A stretch of 64,000 nucleotides of DNA, taken from positions 68,820,001 through 68,884,000 of the forward strand of contig OZ320319.1 in assembly GCA_976226885.1 (NCBI GenBank). Reading direction: 5' to 3'. The position numbers and the translations under genes are program-made. Positions 25,637 to 39,775 of the stretch are shown one piece after another. Source of the DNA: Iphione sp. A-MEVVRFRX5. Taxonomy: Eukaryota. Positions within the stretch are counted from its first letter, which is position 1, and every line of letters begins with the position of its first letter. Below the pieces are notes generated by a model. That model was not told the DNA's origin, did not search any database, and was given only the letters and a program-made list of their open reading frames with translations.

Positions 25637-28600
25637 TATGCAAACGATATGCAAATTTAAAACAGAATTACATTTTTTTACATGTTAAATATCTTTTCTC
25701 AGTCTGCACAAGGTGACAGGGTCTGGGTGGACCAGACCAACACCAATTGGCCGGCACACGTCAGGTGGCGTGCTTGGTGTGGTCTCCCCGCTGTCCATGC
25801 ACAGAGTGGCAGGTCTGGATAGTTTGTCCATATGGGGATAACACTATAATGGACGAGCACGGTTTCGGTGATTGATCCTACACGTGTAGATAAGAAAAAG
25901 GTAAAGCGACTAGGACAGCGTTTGCTTGAAAAACTAGGCTAGAATCATCCCCTTCTCTGCGGAGTGGGGGGGGGGTGTTCTCCTGCGTCTTAAGTGCCTG
26001 TCAACAATGGCTCGTAGTGCATTCCCTAAACCCTCACTATTCCGTAATCCTGTTATGTCCCCAGGTTCTATACTCGCGGGCATAATACAATTGGATTAGT
26101 TACCCTTAACGTTATCCCTTCATAGTATGCATAGGGATACCCAGCGGAACGGAAATTTACACACACTGATACAACAGTTAAAGGACGGTTACAGCATTCA
26201 AGGATTTGCTTAATCCTATATCATTAATATAAACTTTGGATTAGAAGTGTATGAGCGAAATCCTGTGCCAATGATATCCACAAACTACAGATTGTAAAAA
26301 CCGAAAGCTTACTCTGTAAAATGTGGTGAGATGGTATTTTCTCTGCGGATTGCCATTTCTCCTCTTCCCGCGAGAAGTATTATTTTTTGACAGGGTGGCT
26401 TGGTAGAAAAATACGCAGTGGTAGACTACAGTGTCATAATGAATTAGATCACCGCCTAAATACGTAAGGATTTTGGCGGCCACTTGAATAACATTTGGCA
26501 TTTCTCCCTGGTTTATTGTATCCCCTTGCTAATCGTCCTTACTGCCAAGACTTTCACTATGGAGAAGTAAACATCCGATCTGGTTTTTGATATCTACACG
26601 CATGAGAACTCTTTTTTACAATTGGATGATCCCGTCATCTGTTCCTGGACCCATAAATACGGTATGAAAAGCTTTGAGTTTCCAGTGGTCGAGCATCAAT
26701 TATCTTAAATAACATAGCTTCGTAGCTACACCATATTCTGACAGGATTGTTGTTAGTTCGAGGATATGTGCTCACAGTTAACCAGCCAAAACATTAACCT
26801 TCCTTTGACACTGAATCGGGGATGACCTCAGATGCTGGCTACTATTTGCGTTCGACTTAATGCCGCTTGGCAACAATCATCCTTATCTCTGTAAGCAGGT
26901 AGCCACAAGATGAGATGCGAATACTAACCCCCTTACAGTGATAAGAGCTTATGAATTTATACACTGTTCAGCGAATAAGGTACCATTTATGTACATGTAT
27001 AAGTACTTTATTCTGAGTTCTTAACTGGTCTTCCGCAAGAGAATAAGCAAAGCCCTGTAAGTGACAGTACATAATATGTGCATTTACTTAACAGAGGGCG
27101 CTCAATATAATTGTACTCTTCACCTTCAAGAATAAGGCGACTTCACGAATACAGTATTCTGAGCAATAATGGCCGTCCGAGCCCTGTTGACTGTAATTCT
27201 GAGTATTTTCAAATGCTGACCTTCCATGTGCACTCTGGCCTCTAGTATTCTCTGACGGATTTAGCATGGCCTCTTGGGATGCAGCTAGCTTTATAGGTGT
27301 TATGTAAACTTGTGGTCAACTGAAGTCATCACTGATGCTAATGCCTTGTTACCTCCATACTTTTCATAACTGGCCCCTGACCCAGCATGAAGCTCCTCTT
27401 CTTTTTGATGATGCTCGGTGAGCTTTTTAATTACACTTGGCTGCAATCATAAATCATGATGGCTTTGCATACCCAAAATGGCTTGACCAGAGGATGAGAT
27501 GACCATATTGTCAAGCTGACTGGATATCTGAACATTTCACGTTTTGAAATTCAAAGGAAAATGCTCTATTCCAAGCAAAGTGGCCACAGTCACCCGTTGA
27601 CCGGATTTCTGAGCTGCCCGTAGACTGAGGCTTCACTGTATTTGGTGATGGGGACAGGTTACACATGATTTTCTTGCAACAAATGTGTCTCTGAACAAAA
27701 AAATAATCAGGACTCTAGAAAGCTTCTTATTCACTAATTGACGCACATCCTCCCCGCCACGATTCTCCCCCAGACATGGATATCATATTGCAGCTAATAC
27801 TAGACTATGATCCCTGCTTCGGTATGAAGTCTAGGAAAAACACAAATCTGAAAGAACAGCAGACCTTTGTTTTGATGCGTGAATCTGAGAGGTGAACCGG
27901 GCATTTGCCCCTGCCTCTGTTACTTTAACCATATGTTTGCACTTAAATTACCCTCGTTTTGTGGGATTCACCATCACTCGAGAGGTGAAAATATTTACAC
28001 GAAAGTATATATGTATGTATGAATATATAAACAAAAACCTATCTCTGTCGCGTGTTCCAGTTGTACCCTTCCGTGCCACGGGAAACAGATCCAGACAGTA
28101 TAGGATCGCCACAGTAATTCTAAGGTTTCGATACGGTCACCGTGTCAAATAGGGATACTCATTTCGGCCATTCAGCTACAGAGGAAACCATTACTTTCAC
28201 CTCCATTTATGTTAGAGTTCCCCCAAACTGAAAGAGCCACTAGAGTTCAGTGAAGATTATTTATTTGCCTTTGGCGACAAGAACACATTGGCATGCAGGA
28301 AAGTCCGAAAGTGTCGTTTCTTCACCATGAGATGTATAAATGACACTTTGAGCACATGGAATAATCGGCCGGGTTTTCTTTTCACATGCTGGAGGATGGA
28401 ATGTACATGAAGGCTTATTTTCAAGATCAGTTATGGTGCATGTACATATGTGCATACAGGAGTGTATATGAACTTGAAAGACTTTCCGTATGTATGTACA
28501 GAATCTCGGCGTGATGTTTACCGCAACTAATCTTGAAATTAATCCAATCTGACATGATTAATATTCGCGGCAACTTACATATCATGTCAACAAGGACCTC

Positions 28601-28644
28601 AAATTTATACTCTGTGGCTCTAGTTGATCTATGTGTGTGTGTTC

Positions 28645-28985
28645 CAAGCCCAAAACAAAAAATAGGTGTCTTTCTGTTAACCCACCCCTACCTGGTAAAA
28701 CCTCACCCTATCTAAAAGATTTTTGGATTTAAAGAGTTTCCAAGGCTGAATTTCCTTAGATACATGTTTTCACATCACATGGTTTTGGTAAATTCATTAG
28801 AAAAACAATAAAATCCATGGAAATTCAGCAAAAAAACTGTAAATTGGTCAAAATTCTTCATATTGTCTTTACTATTATTGAAAACCAAAGGAAGAAAGTG
28901 AGAAAAAAATTTTAAAAAAAGATACCCCCTCCCTATCTAGGTTTTTGGCTGGTCATTACCAGAAACACCTTTTTTTCTTTTTCCT
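28645..28985. mobile_element. Diverged MITE probably related to the 20693/24646 family
   Basis: Inverted ends AAAAAATAGGTGTCTTTCTGTTAA versus (reverse complement) AAAAAAAGGTGTTTCTGGTAA. Shares the TTACCAGAAACA subterminal motif. About 340 bp. TSD not resolved. Confidence 0.45.
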
Positions 28986-30039
28986 CATGTATAGACAGCA
29001 CATATGTAGATTACAAGTGTTAATGTAAATAATGTTTCGAGCAATAAGTCATGTGGAATTTGTCTTGATTTGTATTTATGGTATTGGAATGTATTCTCTT
29101 CAGCTGAGCGCTGGTGTATAGGACAGTTGCTTTGGTGAATTTCTTATAATGACATCATTACTATAGGGAAGAGAGTCGAGTCCCCACTATATGCAACCAG
29201 TGCCAAAGGCGTTTGTCCAATATGAAGTCGGATGTAGGTGTGAATTTGACTTTTCTGATATTACTAAATGCTTTTATTCTGAAACGCCGTTCTTACCTAC
29301 ATGGAATACGGTCAGATCTCCGTATCAAAACAATCTCTGTTTCTTGAAATTAATGGATATTGAGAACATGTATAACTATCGGATATAAAGTGTCCAGGTA
29401 TCGAGGTAATTCGCTGGGTCGAATTTGGGTCATTTTGACTCTTTTTCGCAGGATACATGCGCTGTTGTGCATAACAGGGGCATCGTACTGAGAATGTTTA
29501 TCTACATGTAGGTAGCACATAGGGAGGAGATAATCACTGATTATGCAGTGGAGTCATGCAACGGGAATTGAAAATTAACCCAGTTGTTTAACCAGGTGTC
29601 CGAAACTATTTGCGCAGGTGTTCAGCAAATGCAGAACAAGCCGTGCTGGAATCGATCCGCTACCTCGTCAGTTGAAAATGCTTGTGTGAAATGTCGTTCG
29701 GCAAAACATGGCGTTCTGAGAGCAATTGAGGGAATGGAGTAGTGACCTTTAGAACATTACAGCTTCTTGCCCACGTTTAATACGCAACAAATAATGAATC
29801 TTTTATGCTCTTCATTTGAGTCATTCCTGAGAAGGACTCGTGCTGCTTTGTCCGGGGGATAGATTTCGGTTCTTCATGTTGAAAATTAGGAGATACATGC
29901 ACGCCCGGATTTCCCAGCAGCAGGATTGGTGACCTTCGGTATCCGTAGCAGTGAAACAGATGGTGAGGTCTTTTGAATTACTAGCACTTCGAGTGCTTGA
30001 AGTCGTACTTGATATTTGCGTGATGGCCCCGGCTTTGTG

Positions 30040-30400
30040 TGTAGATTTTGGGCTTAGTGGCGAAGGAGGCGAGGAAAGGAGCGCTCGAGAGGCGCTTTGC
30101 ACACACAATTCAGGCATTCGGAAATGTCAGGGTGGATGTGGCCCTCCTGTTAGTCGAAAGAGAGAGGGAGGGAGAGAGAGAGAGTGTCGGGCAGGGAACT
30201 TGTGCCGGGCGCCATGACGGTAATTGGCGTCACGCCGATGACTACTTCTCCAGTGGCGCCACAGGCCTTGCGTCGATCATTAGTGGTGTCGCCAGCACCC
30301 GTGGCTCGCGCCGCGACGATAGTGGCAAGAACAGTAGCGCAGGGTGTTCCACGATTGGCCTTAATGTCACCAACTCCACCCGACATGTAGTCATACATGC
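30040..30400. promoter_or_regulatory. CpG-rich island with GA-repeat
   Basis: GAGAGAGGGAGGGAGAGAGAGAGAG at about 30159-30184, dense CpG, and TAATTGG, TGACG and ATTGG motifs. Confidence 0.4.
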
Positions 30401-31789
30401 TGAGCAATTTCCTCGTTCAACAACAAGATTAGCGTCCGTCCCAAAATAGCACCACGTACAGGTTTCATGCAATAATTCCGTAATAAGGGAATGCTGCTTC
30501 CAGTGGAGAAACTGACTATTATGGTCGCTATACATCAAAATCTTCCTTGAAGGTTTATTCTACCAAGATCGGGTTCATTTTAAGGAATTTAAATCTGACA
30601 ATTTTGATTTAAGATTATATCATCCCCGGCCTATATCGAGGTTGGTACATTCTCGCGTTCTAACACATATATTCAGTTAGTCTTTTCAAGATCATGGACA
30701 ATTGGATTTGATACTACATATACCCGTTAAAGTCTGTCAATATGAATGAAAAGACCTGCCTTTACTAATTCATTACCTATCATCCCTAAATGCCTGACAA
30801 TTAATTCTCCGAATTTGATTCGAATTCGCCAGTTTGGTCCTGACTACAGAGAGTGGTATTCCCTATCCAATTACATCTGAAAAAAGCAATGTCTCAGGCA
30901 GCACAGAAACAGTGCGAAATGTATTATCATATCATGTTTGTCTCAATAACCCTACACATGTACTATACAAACGGATTCTGTCAGTACATGTATATTAGTC
31001 GTACCAACATTACCAAAATACAACTCGGTCGCACTCCCTTGAGCTTAGAGCCTAGTCGCATTTCACACTGAACATTACCAAAAGAGATACCTACTCAGGT
31101 AGCCCAACACTAGTTACGATACTCATGAGTGTGTATTACTCATGAATGTCAGACAGCCGGCCTATCACCCTGACTCCTTCCTTCCTTCCCTCTCTCTGCC
31201 CTCCGACTCCTTTCTCTTTGATAGTGTGGGTGTGGTATGCAGCCGGACTCTGTACTGGACTTTTTATATGCTGGGGTGGGGCATGCTGCGAGAGGGCATG
31301 CTAGGATTCTTAGTGCTTCTTACAAAGTGCAGGGTGTCCCTGGCAGCATATCATTTCATAGATAAAGGCGGTCGCCAGGGGACCCTGTCACTCCTGGTTT
31401 AGGTTTTTGGAATAAACCACTTCTTGAATCGTGCTCCTTTGTCCTCGTGTCTCACGTGAGAAGTGGGCGCAACAATAGCCCTCCTCTCTTACTTATAGTC
31501 ACTTCATCAAATGTACACCACTGAAATCCCACTACCTGAAAGTCCATGACAGGAAACAGAGCGTTCTACAATTTGAATTATCATTCCTATACAGTGATCT
31601 GACTGAGGATCCACAAAGTAGGCATCAGTCAGCATTCCTGTCCTTGCAATCCAATGCCTTTAAAATGTACAGTCAATTCTACCAAACCTAGACATCCTCC
31701 GTTCTTCCCCATATTGTCTGTATTTCAGATACTTCCAGCTTACAAATCTGTAAGTAGCATATGCAAAGTGTCCCTCACACCTCTGGTGA

Positions 31790-32092
31790 CAGTATAAACC
31801 TGCCTATTAGTGGTCTATACTCACTGATTAGCAGTCTAAACGTCTGGTGACACCTTAGACCATGAATATCCCTTCCTTGCTTTGAGCTTTGACATCTGAG
31901 GGTTACACTAACACCATTGGTGACACCTGAAACAATGAAAATCGCTTTATTGCTTTGAGGTAAGACATCTGAGAGGTTGTGATAGCACCTCTGCCAGTAT
32001 AAACCTGTCTACTAGCTATATAAACCTACTGATTTGTGGTGTAAACCTGCTGATTTGCAGTCTAAACCTGTCAATTCATGGCCTAAACCTGT
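31790..32092. repeat. Degenerate short-period tandem repeat (TAAACCTG units)
   Basis: TAAACCT(G/A) recurs at about 20-bp spacing from about 31998 to 32092, with related copies from about 31794. Confidence 0.5.
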
Positions 32093-35000
32093 CCACAGAA
32101 GGATATTCATAGAAAATTATTGTCCTGGTTACAGACGTCTTGATATAGTGGTTAAGTATGGGAAGTGAGTCCATTCTTTTTCAAATCGTCTGTATTTGGG
32201 ATACATCTGTTTTGCAGACGTGTCACAAGGGGAGATTCGATTGTACCTACTATGATCTAGAGAACTTGAAACCACTGTATGGTGGCATATTGACTAGAGA
32301 TGGCTTTCATCTTTGCCTGCTTGATCCCGTAATCGAACTAGGTATGCATGGTGACAACGCCAATGCCTTGCCGTGAGGAATGGGTGTAAGGAAAGGTTAA
32401 CTGCCCTCAGAGTGATGGCTAATCACTTAATATTTGGTCCTATTGAGCGGGCGTATCTTTCATCTCCATTCGGTATGGGCGTGCTCTTGCGGTCATGCGC
32501 ACGTAGTTGCTCTTTAAAGTTCCCCTTGACTGTTTCCGGACGTTGTAATGAGAACACGCATGTGCAGACACCAGGCATGCCCGCACGCATGACGCGAAAA
32601 TTCACCCTTTAGCGGAAGTCGTTAATGTCAGCACTGGATGGGTTCTCTGTACAGGTGATCGCATTTTTATGCTTATTTCAGCCACCACCACCATTCAACC
32701 TAATCACAGCGCAATGCTTGCTAATATTTTAATCCCATTCCTGACGCCAAAAGTTTTAATTCGGCTTGAATTACACGATGTTACTTGGGTTCTCCGTCAA
32801 TGCCGAAGGGCCTGTCTAGAAAACTTAAAGTAAAGCAGACGGTTTGGGGTGTGATAAAACAATGAGGACCAAAAACATGCAGATCGTCAAATACGATTAC
32901 TTGAGTAGGGAACTAAAGGTAATTACTGGGTTAATGGAGCTTAAAATGTTGCCCACTCATTCGTTAACGTGGAAGCGGAAACTTTTCCTGCAGGCCAGTC
33001 AAAGCCCCCTGTCTTCTTTCAATGGCTTCTTACATTCAATTCTATCGTAGAAGAAAGCTGGCCGATTTTTGTTGTTTGGTTATCTGAGCTCTCCTGGAGG
33101 AAATGAATTTCTCGAGTAGCCTTTAGACAATTGTGAACTAAAATGCCGTTGCTCCATGTGTTACAGGTACTTGAGGATCAAATAGGCTGTGAAATTTCTG
33201 ATACTTTTTTCAAGACGTAATCCCGCACATGTTATTGGGAATTATATAATAAAATTATTTTGTACGGTTCTAAAATGTTCAATGCAGTTTAGGAGACCAA
33301 TGAATATAACACGACACCTGCCAAAATTACCATGAGAACTTTATTACAAATAAAATCTTTTCAAAGATTCACAGCACGGTTCAGATTAGTTGAAATAGAA
33401 GATGACTGCTTACTGTTATGGCAAAATAACCAAGAAAGCCATGCAGTAAAGCATAATAACCTACGAATAAGAGCAATGATGCACATCTATATCATTGGTG
33501 TAAATGTGCACGTGCAGCTCCATGATGCCTTTGTTTATTGCATTGAGAGGATCATGAATAAATTTGCTCTCCGTGTGAAATGTTACAGGGTTTATTCGAT
33601 GCTGTGGGAACTTTGCCATACGTGTACACTGCGTGATTAGTATTCCATTGATTTCGGTCTTCAAGGCATGTCCTCACCTGTGCATGCTGGCTACAACGTG
33701 ACATAGGTGGGCGGACGTGTAAACCCTTGCCGTTTGCACAGTTTCCTATCGCTTGCTAGTGCATGTAGTCCATAGTAATGAAAATACGCTGACATGGCAT
33801 CATTCTCATCGGGTGTGGTGCTGCGGCTTTCCTGGCAGCTGGCCTGCTTCTTGTGTCAAACCATTCGACCAAAACATGCTATTCGCATCAATTTAACGTC
33901 GAGCTCTGCGACTTACCGTTACACTGCTCTAAAATATGACACAGATAGCGGCGGTTCCAATGGCCTTTGCCCGTCGTGTCATTTATATGTGTATGTTGAA
34001 GGTACTCACCCTTCTGATATGATAACCGTGAGCGATATTTTCCCGTTCACTCTACCTTAAAAAGACCTTGAAGGCAAACACATGTTTGATGTAACTAATA
34101 GTTTAGTCTTTCCTGTCAAACAATCATCGGTCTACATTCATATCTCTCTTCAACGACAAATCAAAAAGGAATCTGAGTGTAGTTTGTTTGTATGGCATTA
34201 TGATATAAAATCGAGAGAGCAACATGGGTGCGTTGCCGGGAACGACCCAACAGTGGTGTCTGATATGTGCAGCAAACAGTACGTGAAGTTATAGGAGTTT
34301 TGTCGCGAACATGCATACCGTCTGTCACTTGGTCTGAACACGGTAATCGGTTCGTCAATGCGTTTTTAAATATGTGACAGTGTTCAGCGAGAGCGCCCAG
34401 AATGATCACAGCTTCACTGACGGAATACCCAGGAAATTGTCTATCCACGGGGAGGAATTAGCAGCATCCGGGCAGTCTGTTGATGATTTTCGTTATGTTT
34501 CATTCCCCAGTAATGGGGGAGTTTCATGGTGTATTGGAGCAGGTAATCAAGTCCCACTCAGGCGCCCTCGAGTGAGGAGTTCCTAATGGGGACCGCTAGC
34601 CATTGCACCCGTTGCTTCTCACAGCTGCACAGCTTGGTCCGCCGCTCGGCGTTTTCCACTGTGCGTATCAGTTTCATTGATTCAAAGTTTAAATGGCTCT
34701 GGAGGCGCCAGTTGGAAGCCTTCCCTCGGGCAGTGCACCGCTGAGATAGCCGTAAGGAGCTCCTTCGGCATCCAGTGGCGCACTGCACTCACCGCCAGAT
34801 TGAACAGGCCGTGTGCAATCGGCAGCTATGAAATCCATTCATTATTTTCAGTGACAATTTTATGCATTGGAATCTGTATGAAAGAGAACTCTTACCATGG
34901 CAGATAGTGTCGATAGAATCATCTCGTGTTGTTCATGCACTGTAGGTGTATCACATACAAAATCTGGAACTCACGTTTCATTACAAATTCTTGTCCAAAG

Positions 35001-37589
35001 CAATGGAACTTTTCTCTTAACCTTCAACACCTTCACTTGCATGAACCACGGCAGTAACTGAAAGTGGTAATTGCATTATTGAATAACCTAATTATTGGAC
35101 CTTATTAAAAATACATGTGCTGGCTAACCTGTATACCATTTACCTATGACAGGTAACAACCTCAACTCTCAGGTATGCATCAATCCATCCTATTTGGTGT
35201 ATACATAGAGAGAAACGTTTCTTGATGTAAATGTTTTGCCTAATTGATTGGCCTAAGAAAATCGGTCCCCTCGTCATGACTTAGATAATAGTCTTGGAGG
35301 GCCAATTGTACAAAGCAATTAGAATAGTTACTGGTGACTACGCGAGGCCCATATCGAAACAATTAGCAGACAATGGAATAATGAACAGCATGCAAAACAG
35401 GAGTGAATATTTCATAACCATCCTAGATTATGAAAGGCACCACCTAAAGTATATATCGCGATAAAAGACCACAAATGTAAGAAACCCAACGTTAATTCCA
35501 ATAAAACCGAGTTTTTCAAGTTATAAACTGAGTCCTGAGTACAAATCCTTAACAGTTTGGAATGGCTTAAACAGACACATTAAATGTAAAGAATGAGTTC
35601 TGGCAATTCCTACAAACACTTGATATTTGAGAAACTGAAAATCAAAACTAGGATAAAATCGAAATGTTTATTTTTATATTCAAATATATTTATATTCAAA
35701 CATATTATAGAAGTATGTTACCAATATTTCTTGCTACCAAGATAAGTGTGGACCTATGTCAACATGTTGCCACATTCATAGTTTTAAGATAAACTGAACT
35801 ATAAAAGTTATGAAACACTAGGCACTCGTTGTGTTACCAGAGATATGATTGGTATTTTATGAGTGGATATTTAGATTGGAGTGTTCGATATATTTTATGA
35901 GCTCGATCTTGTCTGGAACCTAACTGAGTTGTAGTGTATATAGTTGTTGATTATCCTGGCAAATATAGCCAGGTAAAATAAACTTTTTAAAAGAAATACT
36001 GACGTTCATCAAACGGTCATTGTGAAATCATCATGACAATGTTAATTCGGTTCGACACCAATATACACTATAAGACATAAATCACTTGCAAATATAGACG
36101 TCAAGCAACTACTAAGCCTACATGTGTCTTGCATATATGATCTTTCCGAAGTATAAAATCGCGATGCCCCTGATCTTCACAGCCGCTACTGCTCACAGAG
36201 GTCAAATATGCTTTACTCTGAGAATTATTCTTCGTTGACTGGAAGGATGCTTCTATTGAAAGGGACTGCAAAAAGAAGTGTACACACCAGAAGGTAGACA
36301 GAAAAAATTACCATCGACTGTGTCCGCTTGCATATCATTTAAAGAACTTGTTTGGGTTTTGTTTTTTTTGGGGGGAGGGGGGATTCAGACAACTGACTGT
36401 GGGTCATCTATCTACGACGTCTTTCTCATTCTTGATGCGGCACTTCGTGAACCCAGAAAGGCGAATTTGCTGGCGGTAGACCAGCTCATCGCTCACAGCG
36501 TCCAAAGTGCAATATCCCTTTTGACCTGCCATCTTCCATATTGTGTGGGGCTGTGATTTACGTTCTGTTCCAGAAGGTGAGCATTGCCCCGTTACACAAA
36601 TAAACTGGAAATGTTCTTATTGACGTGTTGATGTGGTACAATCTGTACATGTATATGAAATACACTTGGATTTATATGTCCTTTGGTCTTGAGAATAGCA
36701 ATGCCTATGAGAGTGTAAGGTAAATTGGGCGTCAGTGTCAGCCTACGACGAACACTAAATTTAAATTAGAATACGTAGAAAGTATACCCTTCGGTCACGG
36801 GTATAAAACGTCATGCTTTACTCCCAAAATTGGCCTGTTTTAGGACACATGAAAAGAACATCGAAAGACCCAAAATATTAGTTTATCACGGGATGACGTC
36901 CAAGTAATTACTATAAAAGGCAATAAAGTAATCGTGGAAATGCCACACTAGTAGAAGCTAATATCGCGCATTTTACGCAGCAGATCCATTAGAGGGACAG
37001 TGACAGAGGCTCACCTTTAACGAACTATTCAGTAAATGGGCTTCGCGACATTGAAGCCACATCAACGTGCCAACCCAAAGCCTTGTAATACAAGGGGAAT
37101 GGAATTCGGATGAGTTGGGCTTAATGGAGAGCAGAATTCCACCCTATAGTATTCTACTCTACACACGTACGCACATACATTCCTATATAAGCATACATGT
37201 TTAGACAGTGTAGTGATCTAATATATTTTATCTTTGATCTGCTATATATAATCACGTTTCAGTTAATAAATATACATGTGCAACTATCCGCATGGCAATT
37301 CCTGATTCACATCTGTCCTTTTGCTTGGCTACGATACTATTTATTACATAGGTTATTAGAATATCCAGATGACATGTTCTGACAATTCTCTTTACATCGA
37401 CTCACATGGCCCCCTACTTCAATATACTGCTGACGTCCCTGTCTTCAGTGTGATATCTCTAGAACCTCTTGGCGGAAAAAGGCGCACTTGTGACGTTGTA
37501 AACCTTTCTGGTGTTCCTTATTCATCTGTCACGGTGGTACGAAAGATAACACGCGAATATGTTTAGTACGGCCATATTTATCATCACCT

Positions 37590-37770
37590 GTATCGCCTCA
37601 AGAGCGCGACCCTGAGGTCCTCGAGCAAGCGGCACTCTGATTGGCTATTACGACCGCGGCTTCCGGCGCCGCTGCCCTAGGGACGGGCTGGCAACCAATC
37701 ACAGTTGGTGTTACAACATGATCGGCCAGCATCCACCCCTTATAGGCGGTGTGGCCTTTATTTTATTTAA
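37590..37770. promoter_or_regulatory. Promoter-like module: two inverted CCAAT boxes flanking an ETS core
   Basis: CTGATTGGCT (ATTGG at 37640-37644), CTTCCGG at 37660-37666, ACCAATCA (CCAAT at 37695-37699), CpG-rich. Confidence 0.4.
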
Positions 37771-39711
37771 GTTGGCAGTATCTTAAAGCGGTCTTCAAGG
37801 CTTTGTGTTGGCCAATAAAGGCCCATAATATCCCTTTTAGCAAGAACTACATGCACATAAACATCCCTGCTTATGGATGAACTTGAATATTTCAAATAAG
37901 CATTGATGTAAGGAAATATCACCTGAATAATGAACACTGGAATATTAATGTCCGTGCACCTTTTTTAGCCAAAGTTCCCGCTTGTGGCTACAATAATTAT
38001 GCAATCATTTTGGGTAAAGATGCTCTTGAACGCTGTAATAGGCCTACATATATTGGGCGGTTCAGAATTAAACTGGCTTTTGTTGCCACTTACAATTTTG
38101 CAGTCAAAATTCTCTGTCGGTCCAGTAATGGTAATTGTCTGGGCATGGTTATATATTTGAAAATACGTTCATAAGGGTCTGTTATGATGATATACTGATA
38201 TACTTGAAGTGTTGAGATTAAAATGTTCATGAATACTATATGTTATACCTAACTCGTCTAGTGTCGGAGCAAAACAGGGCAATGGGAAAATATTGAAGTG
38301 GAAGTCCCTAGGAGAGGTGAATACTCGCGCCATGGAAAATGAGTTCTAGTACTCCATAAATTGGGTAAGAATAGCTTGGGCCCGCGATCTAACTCTGCTT
38401 ACAAAGGTCCAAAGCCTTCTCCAAGCTTCTATCAATTACGATAGATCCGAATAATTCTTTCCTTGGCGGCCGGCTCCCTGGAGGGCGTGATAGACATCCC
38501 AACCCCGTTCCTTTTGCTCTGCTCCAGGCGCTGAGAAGACGTCCGCCACGGAGGCAATCGTCCTGAGCTAACAGGGCCTCCTCTGACAATGACAATCACC
38601 GCCCCCCCCGCCTGCCTACCCGGCCAGGACAACGCCGTGCATGAGCACAAATAGCTTCTCGATGAACGTCCCGTTCCAGACTGGACAACAGCCAGTTCTA
38701 AGTAGTATTATTCTGTTTTTGTGTGTATTTTTCGTCTATATTATATGTTTGTCTTATTCTTATGAAACCCAATCGGACTTCTTTCATGGTGGAGTTCTAC
38801 TGAACAATACTGAAAGAATACAATGCATTCATAAGGCGTATAGTAACACGACGGGGTGGTGGTCTATTCCTGTATTTCCACCTCATTATAACATTTTCTT
38901 ATACTACTTGCAAAGGAAGCGATACTTTCTTAAGCGGCCCTATTACAGCTTTTGTGATGAATGTGATGTCTGAAAGTACATTTAAATAACAATTACCGAA
39001 TAAGTAAAGACGCCCGATAGAACTATTTCAACACATGGCCTCGTAAAAGGCGACCAATACATTTATAGCTACAAGCCCCTTACTCGGTCGATGGTGAGCT
39101 AAAGAGAGAAAGACTCGTACTATTCCAAAATTGTATAAGAAAAAAAGCTGATGGGCTGAAATTTACAATTAGTAGCAATGTAGATATATGAATGTTCCAA
39201 GTTTTTAATCAAATACTATTAGTTGTACGCGCCTATAAATTGCGATGTGTTCGTTTTATTTGCACATGGCTAGCACTGGGATACCGCTGAATTCCAACAA
39301 ATTACAGCGGATTTGCCAAGGAGATTTACAGGCTGCACCTTGTCCCTTCAATGCTTATTTGGTATGGTGTCGCCCGTGACGCCTAGGCTTCACAGTGCAT
39401 AAATGTGCTTTTGAGGACATACTGAGATCAGCATAAGTGAAACGGAAATCTTTTCTCACTGCAAACCTGCATAGAATTGCATGTATGTGAACATGATTAT
39501 GGCCTGTCGTCGGCCTGTGCCCGAGTATAATCGTGATTAAATGTATTTGTTCCTTTCTACTGGCAGGTTCATCTAGGCTTTACGTGTCTATCGGGTTTCA
39601 TCAAGAGGGATGATGCACCGCCTAGTGCTAATCATGGTCCTCATCCATTGATTGACATGGCTGAAACAAACCCACACGCTGCCAGAAAGAGCTTAGGTCT
39701 GGCTCACTCAC

Positions 39712-39775
39712 CTGCCCCGTCTTAAAGTTTTCCAATTTGCCGGCAGCTTTCCTTCTGGCGCCATCGCTTCCAATT
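39712..39775 (-). other. Candidate internal exon (64 nt)
   Basis: Minus strand: acceptor CCACCCCTCTCTGTAG and perfect donor CAG|GTGAGT. Two of three frames are open. Confidence 0.4.

Noticed and set aside
25627-25639. 13-nt match to the miR-135 5-prime end
   Set aside because: Lies in a minisatellite unit, diverges after 13 nt and has no precursor hairpin. Short matches to miR-9 (about 33075) and miR-133 (about 56825, minus strand) fail in the same way.
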